Source: Antedon mediterranea
Taxonomy: Eukaryota > Animalia > Echinodermata
Length of the DNA: 64,000 nucleotides
NCBI RefSeq assembly: GCF_964355755.1
Contig: NC_092678.1
Coordinates: forward strand, 12,336,352 to 12,400,351
Reading direction: 5' to 3'
Made by a program: the position numbers and the translations under genes. Numbering within the stretch: the stretch's first letter is position 1; the number at the start of each line of letters is the position of its first letter. Below the pieces are notes generated by a model that saw only the letters and a list, made by a program, of their open reading frames with translations, searched no databases and was not told the origin of the DNA. Positions 1 to 12,800 of the stretch are shown piece by piece.

Positions 1-351
1 AAATAGTTTGTTTTGGCTTATAATAGAGAACGCAGCATCATAAGTTTACCGATCTTCAGATGAAATAACAACAATCCAGCTTTGATCCCATATGCTTTGC
101 CAATTCAAAAAGTTTAAAAATCACATGAGCAAATATTTAGGCCTACGTATTTGTTTTTAATACCTTTTTAAAAATATAATTTATAATTTGTTTTATTCAA
201 TCTTAGATGACGAAGTTTATTAATTTCATAAGAGAAAAAGTATTGATTTGGAATATTTTATGCCTATCCTAAACTCATGTTTCACTTTTTAATAAGCACT
301 AAGCAAATTTATTGATTCAAGCCATGTACCCTATCTTTCCATTTTAACATA

Positions 352-960
352 AAGCTCTGCCTACACTATAAACTTAATATGACAACAAATGTGATGTGCC
401 GTAGATGGAAAACATGTACAACATTTTCGATTTTTTTTATCACGTGATGGAATTCAGGCATATTATATAATTATATATTCATTTTTCAGCATCTTTCTTC
501 AAAATTATTAGAAAATATTTTTAGTCTTTTCTCATTTCAACACTAAAGCTTTAAAAATGTTAAATTTGGTAGCCAAGCATCATAACCACCAAGCCACAGC
601 TCCACTCCTATAGCGTTAATTCACCTCATAATTGATACATGTTAATATTTTTTCTTATAAAGAAGTATTTTGGTTAATAACAATTAAATGGTAAATTCGG
701 TTGGTTTTGCTCCGATGAGTTTATAAAAAAGGATTTGTAATAATCTACCAAGCGTATTTGCATTTTATTTCAATCGCCATGAACTGCAACTAACGTGTTT
801 GTTTACATTTGACGTAAATACAACTCGTTTGCTGTCTCAATTGTGAGTATGCTTCCTCCATTTTGTATTATATTGTATTGTATCTTTGTAATATATTTAT
901 CATATTTGGGCATATCACCCTCTTTTTGACAAACTAGTTTGATAGTGTAGTGTTAAGAGC
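352..960. mobile_element. Short MITE-family copy (TIR AAAGCTCTGTCTACACTATCAAACT-like), apparently split by ~480 bp of other DNA; relatives at ~6637-6750 and ~13542-13680
   Basis: aaagctctgcctacactataaact at 352 and agtttgatagtgtag near 937 are inverted counterparts. The same termini and internal tgtgatgtgcc/ccaaatatggtagt motifs recur at 6637 and 13542. Confidence 0.5.
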
Positions 961-1499
961 AATAATATCGTGACAATACAACGATGTTGTGTTCTTTTTT
1001 CATTACGTCATTTTATTTGATTTTATTTGATATTATTGTTATAGAAATAAACAGACATAAATGGATACAATTCTAGAATGAAATAAATTTCACTTGTTTT
1101 ATTCAACAAGAAAACGAATGTTTATTTATTTGAGATTGTTACCAACCTAGTGTGTAGCAGCTTTATAGTATTTCATGCTCATCAGATGAAAAAGGAAACT
1201 TCAAACTAGTAACATATTCATAAGTAAATTAAGTAATTTATGACCTTATTGAAGTGTTACAATATCCAATACAAATACAATGTTTGATAAGTAAAACTTG
1301 GTAGCCGTTCACCCTGCTTAGTGACCAACAGTACTACAAAAACAACATGATACATTGACCAGTTAATAAAGCAATGTATTTTGTCACATTCTCGACGCTA
1401 CACAGGGCAAGCGAACAAAAGTTTAAGGCGGTTAATAATGCTAGTAAACAACGACAGTAGTATATTTTGTGATTATATTTTGTCAAGTGTAGAACTAAC

Positions 1500-1670
1500 A
1501 TGACTTATTCAACAATTTTTTCCTATTGTATGCTCTATAATGATTTTAAGGCAATGTCTAACATCTGCCAACAACCTACATCATAAATTTAAACCGACCC
1601 AAAATAATGTAAATATGTATCACATCACAATCCAAGATACAACAGGAGACTTCTACATTGACAATCTACA
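1500..1670 (+). pseudogene. Degenerate duplicate of the plexin first coding exon start (signal peptide plus first Sema strands)
   Basis: SANNLHHKFKPTQNNVNMYHITIQDTTGDFYI aligns with ASDNDVLLEFKPYGNEDLYHVKIHSTTGNIYI of the 1937 ORF. ATG at 1500 gives signal-peptide-like MTYSTIFPIVCSIMILRQCL if one T of the 1516-1521 run is removed. Confidence 0.65.
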
Positions 1671-1936
1671 CTGTTTTTTCCTTTTGTACTTCTTTGACGA
1701 AAAAAATGAAATGATAAATTTACAGCAAATATTTGGTAATATTATGCCATGCTCTTTGGACTCTATATCCAAAAACGAATTACAGGCTGTTTAATAATAT
1801 AACATGGATAGCATGCAGATAGCTAAAATAGGCATAAAGATTAATTGTAGGCCTATTTATTCTCATATTCTGTATTTTACAGTTGTTTTTTAAAATTTTC
1901 TTTCATAAGGTAATGATGTTCTTTCATATTTAAATA

Positions 1937-3854
1937 ATGAGTTTGTCAAAAATGTTAAGCATTTTTGCATTTCTGCTATATTCTACAACAATTTTGCTAA
2001 GCATCCAAGCATCCGACAATGATGTGTTACTTGAATTTAAACCCTATGGAAATGAAGATCTATACCATGTCAAAATACATAGTACAACAGGAAATATCTA
2101 CATAGGAGCTTACAACTCACTGTACAGACTGTCAGGAGATTTCAACATCATTGCTAATATTTCAACATGTTCATCAGATGATTGTGATAACATTAATAAA
2201 ATATTAGAAATTGATTATGATCATGATAGATTGATTGTATGTGGAGGAGGAAACAATGGAAGATGTGAAGTAAGATCTCTTGTGGATTTAGTAACATTAT
2301 ACAAAAGTGATGTAGACAAGGAAATAGTGAGTGAACTATCAGCAGTTGGAATCATTGCACCTGGTGTGTTAGGTGATGGCACTAGAGATAGAGATGATTT
2401 TATTAAACGAAATGTTTTATATGTCTCTTCTGGACATACATCATTAAATCCAGTAGAGTATTCTTACAGGTACATTAATGCTAGAAGACGTCTTGATACT
2501 GATGTACTATTTGGACTCACCAGCCTTGCTTTCAATGCTATCACACCATCTTACAATAAACCCATACAATTTAAAACAGTTTTTAATTACGGGGGATATA
2601 CTTACTTTGTTGCATTTAGACCCAATGATACTTATTACTTTCATTCGCGACTGAGTCGTGTTTGTCAAGACAACTCATTCGTCACATTTTCTGAGATCTA
2701 CATTCGTTGTGTTGTTAACAATGTTGATTATAACTTGGTACAAGACATGTATGTCAGCCCTGTAGGCACTGAGTTGGGCACCTCACTAGGCCTACAAGCT
2801 GGAGATAATGTCCTGTATGGAGTGTTTGCTAAAGGTGATGGAAGTGGAGTTGCAACTGGACAATCTGCAATGTGTATTTACAAGTGGAATGATATAGAAG
2901 ATGCATTCTTCAAGGCCTTAAATGGATGTATAAATGCTAATAATGATGTTCATACTCTAGACTATGCTGAGGATGCTGATTGTTCACAAGTATGATATTA
3001 TTTTCAAACTTACATTATAATAGTCTTGTTACTTATTTGGTGTGGGAACTTTATTTCAAACATGTGGACAGATGTTGTGTTTTCTAAATCGTATGGCAAT
3101 ACTAGTCAATAAGTCTAACCACTCATTCTGATTTGTTTTCAATTATAAGACATGTGAAAAAGTGGATTTATTATAATTCTGAAATTTAATCAGTTTATTA
3201 ACTGATACAAATTCAAGTTAAAAAATACTGTTTGTTTTTAATAATGAAGTCTTTCAGTTTTACTGCTGCTGATATTCAGTCATTGGTGTGTCCACAAAAT
3301 CATGGTAGGCAACTATACAGACGTTATTCCCAAGGCACCTACACAGAAGCAGCAGTATCAGAAGCATTGCTAACAGTTAATGATAAAATACTAAAATCAG
3401 TTACTACAGCAATTGAAGAGGATCGTACAATAGCATTCATAGGCACAGATAATGGACAACTTATTAAGGTTAGTATAAAATTAGTACTGTACGCGACAAT
3501 GTTTTAAATAAAACTATGAATTGTCAATTTAGAAATATCTAAAAGACTGGTGATAATGAGTGAGACATGCATATTTGTCAGCAGCATTTATTCACAGGTT
3601 GTTCTACTTAACTAGCATTCTGCCAATTATTTTTGCTAGTTTTAACACTGCTTAAATGTAGAAATATGTTTTAATAAACTATGTCTTAAATTGATTAAAT
3701 GTTATGTTTTCTTCCAATTTTTCAGGCCGAGTTAACCAACAAAACCTCATCTAGAATGTATGAGTCTGTCACCATAGATACAGGTCAAGAGGTCAGGTCA
3801 GACACATTTATAGATGAAACATCTAATTATATAATAGCACTCACAGCAAAAAAG
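1937..3854 (+). CDS. PLXN: Plexin exons 1-3: signal peptide and Sema domain
   Basis: Hydrophobic N-terminus; Sema motifs NINKILEID, RLIVCGG..NGRCEVR, SRLSRVCQD..FSEIYIRC, YNLVQDMYV, SAMCIY, TIAFIGTDNGQLIK. Confidence 0.92.
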
Positions 3855-6800
3855 GTTAGTTTATTATAATAATATGTTTATATTTCCTTTGATACCAGTC
3901 TTAACTCCCCAATTAAAGCCGGCTTTATCAGATAGACAGTCTTACTAAAGCCACCCCTGTTAGACCATTGTTATAAAACAGTCTTAGCTAAGACCGTGTA
4001 AAGTAACAAATTGAGGGCGTACTTTACACGTAGAGCACAGAGCCATATATATAAAGAGTTACGACATTGGATTTAAGTCACGTGATATGCAGATCAATTT
4101 GTGTCAAACTTGTCTCCGTTAATGCATGTAAAGTATAGGAGCAAGAAATTACTTTAAACTTTTTCTTATATCAAAAAAAATGTAATTACACATTTTACGG
4201 TGGAATATCGACGTGCACAGCGTACAGAACCACTTGCGCCAAAGAATATTTCGCGCGCGTACGCTAGTACATTATAACGTTCGATTGATTGATTTTGGAA
4301 CAAAACATCCCATAACTACGTCCCATTAATAACAATTATGTAATATTTTCAATTCATAATGCATGCTTTGATGACTAAATAAAATAATAAAGTGTCGTGG
4401 ATATATTTGTTAATATATTGAATAGGTATGAACAATATTAAAATAATAAAGGCAAATTATTACAAATGAATGATGAACGAGTCTCTGAAAGTTTGTGTCA
4501 AAAACACGGAGAGCATATACTGTATAAAAAGAGGGGTGAATTTGTATTGGTTCATGCTTTGATGTATCCTGACTTGCATGTAGGCCCTAGTATTTATTCT
4601 TTTGTTATTATAGACACAATATATATATGTTACAAAATTAATACCATTAATAAAATTAATTACTAAAATAAAAACGGAATATAAGCGTTATTTCATAGAC
4701 AAAAAAATCTAAAAATAAAGCAACAACTACAGGAAAACGCTATACAAATAAGACGCGCGCGCCCTCAGCGTCCGAATTCTTTGACACAAACATGGCTTCT
4801 AATCTTCAATGTCGTAACTCTTTATATATATGGCTCTGGTAGAGCACCAAATAATGTAATGTTCGTCACGCTTGTTCAAATCGCAATAACAGTACGTACA
4901 TTTCTACGCGAGAAAATCTATTCTAGGCCTATATAAGAATAATATCGCTGTTATTAATTGATTTAACACTTAAAACTCGTTCAATTTGTTTGTCTTTAAT
5001 GATAACTAATACGTAAAAGCAACAAAAAGAGAGGTTTAAGGCTGTTTATAAGACTCCTTTGAGTAGGCTTTAATTTTAAAGATCGCTTAGAGGTTAAACC
5101 GCAGTATATCAATGTCTATAATAAAGACTCTTTGCTGCGTCACGAATTATAGCCGTCTAAACATTTATAGACCGCTTTGAGCACTTTGTGGATATGTGCG
5201 CTTTATAAATCTTATTATCTTATCTTATAGCAATCCGCCCCTAATTTCAAATTAGTTTATAAAATATTTCTTACAAACTTTTACAAATACCATTCAATTG
5301 TATCCTAAGAAAATGTTAATGTTAAATTTGTGAACTGTTTAATTTGTAAATTGTGTCTTAATATTTCTTTTGTTTAAATACAATTATCGTATTAGTTGGT
5401 CAAGCTACAAGTAGCAAACTGCAGTCGGTTTATCACATGTGATGAGTGTATCAGACCACGTCAACTAGATGCAGATCCTTATTGTGGATGGTGTACACTA
5501 CACAAAAAGTAAATAGAGTTCTTTTTCTTTTTTTTTCAATTCCCAAATTATTATTTTGTCTTTTCCTGCATTGACAAATTATTAGGAGATTTTTTTGTTT
5601 TTTAACTTTTTCAGATATTTTTGCAAAATAATAAACCATGAAAATAAATGTTAGAAATTATTTATTACTGTCTAAAGGCTAAATTATTTCAGGCTTAAAT
5701 ATTTCTTCAATATTTTTTTACAAACAGTTTAAAACAAATCTGAATTCAAATAAAGAATTTAAATGTTCTTTAGTGCAGTTAGCACTTACATTTGTCTTTT
5801 ATTATGTTAGATGTACCAGATTTAAAGAATGCCAACAGTCTCCCTGGTTGCCAAGCAACAGTGCACAATGCATTGAGATTACAAATGTTGAACCACCTTT
5901 TATCCCTAAAACTTTTGAAAATATCAGCGTGAGTTGTGAAGAACAATTGATTAAATTTGTTTTCTAGGCTTTAATATTTAATAATAAAGAACATGCCATT
6001 GGCTGGAGAATGTTAGCACTACTAGTACAAACTATATCTATATTATCGGCACATCTATATTAGGTTCAAGCCTATCCTTAGCCATAGTAATTCTGGACTC
6101 AAACTGGCTGGAGATCCAGTGTACATCTGGCTTGTGATGCTTGTTCACAAAGGGAGTTATCCATTTATATAATAACAAGTTTTAATATGTATGCAACTTC
6201 ATAGCTTAAATGTGTTTATCCATAGATTTCTCTAACTGTTGAGCAACTTCCTTCTTTAAAAATCAGCCAAAATTATAATTGTAAATTTGGTGACTTTCAA
6301 TCATCCGCAATAAAAGATGGAGAAACATTGACTTGTATTTCACCGCCTTTATCACATGTACCACAGATACCAACCAGCCAAGGTGAGTTAAACATTATGC
6401 TAATAAGCTTTACTTTCTGTTTTATTGTTCTTTATTTAATAACTGTAGCAGTGGCTGTACTAGTATTTCACATATGGTATGCATTCTTCCCAGTAGGAGG
6501 TGTATACTATTAATAGCTCATGAGGAAATAGGTTTTAGTACACACTATGGAGTACAGAAATCATGCACTCACTACTCTACATTTGCAACAAGGGGGATTC
6601 CCTAAAGTGACCCTTGTTTTAACCTAGTGATATCTTAAGCTCTGTCTACACTACCAAACCAGATTAACAAAACAAATATGGTAGTGATATGCCCAAATAT
6701 GGTAGTCATATCACATCATTGTCTCCATATATGGGCACATCACATTTTTTGGGAGTCATTTGCACCAACTATTTAAACCTATCTACCTCTGGAAAAAAAA

Positions 6801-9800
6801 AAGAAATTAAATATTACATTCATGTTTTTTGTAGAGATTTTTGTATTTAATTTTCAATTATGTTGTTTTTACCCATAAAATACATTTGAAATTAAGGCCT
6901 AGGCCTACACAGTAGCTAACCTTTAAATGATTTGTTTACAGCTTCTGTAGATGTTATTTTATCAGTTCATTCATCCGTAACTGATGTTGATTTTGTTTCC
7001 ACTGACTTCACATTCTTTAACTGCAGTGCCATTACTTCGTAAGTATTGATTAACTCATTTTTTATAAGAGTGTGGAATAAATAAAAATGTAAAAATATTT
7101 CACTACTTTAACTATTAAATTGTAAACACACATTTTCTAAAGATAACTAAAATAAAAGGATCTGAAATTCAAGTGACACATTATTTTTAAGGAAATGAAT
7201 GTTTATTTAGTTTCTACTGTAGCAGGTTGCAATGTACATAATTTGTTATAATCTCACTGTCATCTTTACCAGGTTGCAATGTACATAATTTGTTATAATC
7301 TCACTGTCATCTTTACCAGGTTGCAATGTACATAATTTGTTATAATCTCACTGTCATCTTTACCAGGTTGCAATGTACATAATTTGTTATAATCTCACTG
7401 TCATCTTTACCAGGTTGCAATGTACATAATTTGTTATAATCTCACTGTCATCTTTACCAGGTTGCAATGTACATAATTTGTTATAATCTCACTGTCATCT
7501 TTACCAGGTTGCAATGTACATAATTTGTTATAATCTCACTGTCATCTTTACCAGGTTGCAATGTACATAATTTGTTATAATCTCACTGTCATCTTTACCA
7601 GGTTGCAATGTACATAATTTGTTATAATCTCACTGTCATCTTTACCAGGTTGCAATGTACATAATTTGTTATAATCTCACTGTCATCTTTACCAGGTTGC
7701 AATGTACATAAGTTGTTATAATCTCACTGTCATCTTTACCAGGTTGCAATGTACATAATTTGTTATAATCTCACTGTCATCTTTACCAGGTTGCAATGTA
7801 CTTAAGTTGTTATAATCTCACAGTCATCGTTAAATACTTAAGGAAATCAAATACAATATATTGATAATATTGTTGTAATGGGACAGTTGTAATTGTGTAA
7901 TATGGTACTGTACAAAGCATACGAGATGTGTTCTTTAAATTTCAAATATATTTTGAATTCTGAACATAACAAATATTAATATAGCTGTGACGGAATTAAT
8001 AAACAGAGTCAAATATTTAAAACTATAACGTGTCAACATTTAATTATTATTGTTTTATTCTTCTGTATTTTGAAATCAGATATACAATATTTCATTAGAT
8101 AACCAATACTTAGTTTTAAGACATTTTGCAACAAGGAACTATCAACTCGTCAGTTCTGTGTTGTGTTTAATTCATTTGCATTACATTATTTATAATCAAA
8201 TAAAAGAAAGGTACCCTTAATCGACTTGAGTTTGTAAGGCAATGACATACTATTTTAAATCATCTTTATTCTTATAATTTGTAATTATGTTTTGAAAGTT
8301 AAAATACTAACATCCAACATTTCTAGAAAATCTAGAAAATTCTTAGTTAAACTTGTCAGCTTCTCTTATTTGTGTTTGCTGTCACTGAAACTAGAACTGT
8401 AAACCTTCTATATTATTTGTTTGTTTGTTTGTTTGTTTCTCCTTATAAGAAAAACAAATATGTGAAAATGTATGAATTGGACTCTTGAAATTGAGAAAAA
8501 TATAAACTTCATCAAGATACGTTTGTGCTCAGAATTGTTAAAAAAATACAATAGATCATTATGTTAATTTATGCCGTATGTGTACCTTAAAGGGTGTTAA
8601 ACCATAATGCCCCTCGTTTTGCGTTTTATGTCCTCTGAGGAGTGGAAAATGATTGAAGTATACGATATAATTATTCTCTTTATTAGAATAACAACATCTT
8701 TATATCGGTGGCATGCGTGTCAAACGGTTATATTACATAATATAATAATGATTGGCACACTTGTAGTGTAAAATAAATACATGGTGTTTTACTTTTAACA
8801 ATATTGTTTTGATTTTATTCTCAATACTGTAGTTGTTCTGAATGTGTTTCAAATTTTACTTGTGATTGGTGTGTCTACGACAACAAATGTACCCATAATG
8901 CATCAACATTGTGCACAGCAGACGACAAAATTATTTTGAATGGAAATGTAAGTAATTATGACTTTTTTTTTTGGTGCTGTATAATCAAATGGAAGCTGAA
9001 CTTGTATTGCTCAAATAAACACTTTTCGAGACAACATGTTTTAGGCTAATTGTTTTTGGAAGGGCTTGGTAAGGTGCAAATTGTTGTAGTAATGTTTGCT
9101 ACCACGGTTCGTAGAGTAACAGTTTACATTTGATCTTCTACTGTTATCAGTGTGAAGAAAAAAACAGAAAATTATCTATTTTTGTAATTATTGCATTCAA
9201 AATGTTTAATGGCATTATTGTTGAAATATCACTGATAAGCTATTGTTTAAATATGTAGGCAGCATCATCACCAAATGGTTTTCAAGGTCAAGGGTCATGT
9301 CCACAAATTTATCAACCAAATGGGGAACTTATTCATGCAAATATACGGAAAGAAGTCAGAATACCAATTAAGAATTTACCAAATGCTACAAAGGTAAACA
9401 TTTAAAGTTAATAATTTATTTTCTCCATGATACTGAAATAAACTGACCTTTATATTCATTCATGTTGATTGAGAGTTAATTCACTCTCCACAAATAGACT
9501 TTTTTAACTCTTTGAGTTTTACTGGGTGGAGTTGTGGCATGGTGGCTATGATGCTTGGCTATCAATCCAAGGTTCCTGACATATTTCAGACCTCTACTAC
9601 CACTACTTGTACTCTTTGTTTATGTAGAGCATCTTGTGTATGTTTGTCTTGTGAACGGGATTGCCACCTTTAAAAGGATTGTGAATGAATTATGGTTTAT
9701 GCTTATGGTTATCCTTGGCAATTTACCTAAATTTATAAAAACAAAACAAACACTACAGTCATGGTAAGACTTGCAGTACATGATTTAAACGGACCCATAA

Positions 9801-12800
9801 TGTTATTCCATTCAAAATGTTAATGGAAAAGAAGTTTACCCAGTGAAAGACTAGGTCATTGAAACAATCTTCCTGTGTGTGTTCTTTTATAAAAACATAA
9901 GTGGTTTATAAAAAACATTCAAGAAACCTGAAGCGTAGTAGTGAGATATGTGTGTGAGATTTCAGTCTACTGTAATCAATCAATTCCCACAAGAGATGGC
10001 ATAGAGTATTAATATAGAATTTTGTGAAGTGATGAATTAGGCAGGATAATTCAATTCAAAACCTCTATCAATGTAGGAAAACATCAACAACCTAAAATTA
10101 GAAGTTTTTATTTGTTTGTCTCTGTTTATTAGGTAAACAACTATGAATGTGAGTTGGAAATTGAAGCACAAGTCGGCAGGATTCCAGCAACAGTTGATGA
10201 ATCAAACTCAAATATCACATGTTCACAATACACTGTAAGCATCTATATATAAATTTACGTAAGGGCAAAATTCGGTAAATCGCGCGTTATTTCTAGAATG
10301 TTTACTCGATGGTATGTAAAGTTGGTTCGTACTTTCGGTACTGATTTTAACCACCTGATGTAACCATGTTTACTAATTAAATTGAATTCGATAATTAGTT
10401 ATTGACGAATAAAACGAGTTTTTAGGTTCAACGATTTGCTCCAAATAGGGGTGTTTTCCGATCGTGGTATACACTGTCTAATGGATGTCCAATTTGAAAA
10501 ATACACGCACACAATAATACGAGGACACTTCGCATTTTCCTATCTCCTCCTACGATAATTGTTTTTAATAGCTGAAAACCGGTTGAACAGTTCGAGTACA
10601 GCATCATAATCTTGAAGACAGGCCGATTTTCTTTAAAAAATGCTATTTTGATAGATTTAATATACGTTTTTACAAATGTATTGATTTGTGATGAATGGAA
10701 CATTCCAAATTATTTGGTTTAACCATAGAGGCATAGATTTAGATTTATGGGCTCCCTTGGAGAATAAACATAAATAGTATTGCAATGATGTACAATACTG
10801 TTAAGGTATTAACCACTTTTGATCGCAATTTGAATCGCAAATTTCTTACTGTGAGTGTTGGTACTGTTAGATATATATAAGCAAAAATATACAAATAAAC
10901 TTTATTACTGTGAGTGTGGGTAGGCCCTACTGTTAGATTATAAACATATAATATACAAATAAATAAACGTTATTACTGACAGTTGCTTCTCAACATTTGT
11001 ATTAATTAATAATTTAAAAATATATAAACGTCGTAGTGGTGTATCGTTACATGTACTTTACTATTTCAATCGACTATGACAGTGAGAGTTTTAACAAAGT
11101 ACTAAATCGTAAATGTTTTACTGTCTTTAGTGGTATATTATTTATAGGCCTATAAAACATTAAAAACAATATTTCGTTACTAAGTAGATAAGAATATATT
11201 TTAAAATGTTTCCTCTTTGTACCTATCTTCTTCCCCCATCCCTCAACCCTTAATGTTACATACAAAACACAAATTGGGTTTGTTTAAATGAGTCCAAATA
11301 AAAAAATTTGACTCATTTTGTTTCTCTCTCGGAAGTAATTCCCAGGGTGCTAATTTTGGTTGACTACATAAATCATCGTGTATATTTATTCGTTTCTGTA
11401 AACGACAATGTATTATAGTCCTGCAGTACGTACATTTGAAATCTCCATTTTTTTCTCGCTGGAAAATACTGTGTATTCGAGAACCATCTGTGGGCACGAC
11501 CTAGATGGTACGCGAGCGAAGCGAGCGTGCCATCTAGTCTATAATAAATTTACGTTAGGGCAAAATTCGGTAAATCGCGCCTTACTTCTAGTATTTTTAC
11601 TCGATGGTATATAAAGTTGGTTCTTACTTTCGGTACTGATTTTAACCACCTGATGTAACCCTGTTTACTAATTAAATTAAGTTAGATAATTAGTTATTGA
11701 CGATTAAAACGAATTAGGTTAAACGATTTGCCCCAAATAGGGGTGTTTTCCGTGGTATACACTGTCTAATGGATGTCCATCTTGAAAAATACTCGCCACA
11801 AAAATGCGAGGAGGCTTCGCATTTTCCTATCTCCTCCTACGATAATTGTTTTTAATAGCTGAAAACCGGTTGAACAGCTAGAGTACAGCATCATAATGTC
11901 GAAGACAGGCCGATTTTCTTTTAAAAAAAAACTATTTTGATAGACTTAAGATACGATTATACAAATGTATTGATTTGCGATGAATAGAACATCCCGATCT
12001 CTCAGTCTGCCAGAGTTTTGTTTAACACAAGTAGGTAAATGTATGAGCCCTTGGTTTAACACATACGGTAGGTAAATATGGGCCCTTTGAGAATAAACTT
12101 GTAATACTTTGACAATACTGTAAATACCTATTAACTATTTTTGGTCCTCATTTGAATCGAGCATTTCTTACTGTGAATGTTCGTACTGTTAATGTAATAT
12201 AAAAATATATACAAAAAAACTTTATTACTGAGATTGTGGATAGGCTTCACTGTTAGATATACAAATAAACTTTATACTGACAGTTCCTTCTCAACGTTTG
12301 TATTAATTAATAATTACCAATAATATAAACGTCGTAGTGGTGTATCGTGACATGTACTTTAATATTTCAATCGATTATGACAGTGACAGTTTTAACAAAG
12401 TATTAAATCGCAAATGTTTTACTGTATTTAGAGGTATATTATTTATAGGCCTATAAAACATGGAAAAAATATTTCGTTACTGAGTGGATAAAGAATATAT
12501 TTAAAAATTGTTCCTCTTTGTACCTATCCGCTTTCCCATCCCTCAACCCTAATGTTACATACAAAACACAAATTCAAAAATTTGGATTTTTGTGGTAAGT
12601 TTCTCCTTCGGAAGTAATTCCCAGGGTGCTGATTTTAGTTGACTACATAAATCATCGTGTCTATTTATTCGTTTCTGTAAACGACAATGTATTATAGTCC
12701 TGCGGTACGTACATTTGAAATCGCCAGTTTTATTACGCTGAAATTACTGTGTATTCGAGAACCATCTGTGGGCACGACATAGATGGTTCTAGTTTTAGCA

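Noticed and set aside
7223-7828. CRISPR-like array
   Set aside because: The units are contiguous with no unique spacers, and the context is a eukaryotic intron; it is a minisatellite.
9525-9720. tRNA or SINE-like sequence in plexin intron 9 (similar weak signal at ~5996-6170)
   Set aside because: Only a degenerate A-box-like motif is visible; there is no cloverleaf or clear boundary to support a call.
10428-10703. Conserved ORF also seen at 52179-52580
   Set aside because: It lies inside the non-autonomous Helitron, is disrupted in copies 2 and 4, and has no RepHel motifs.
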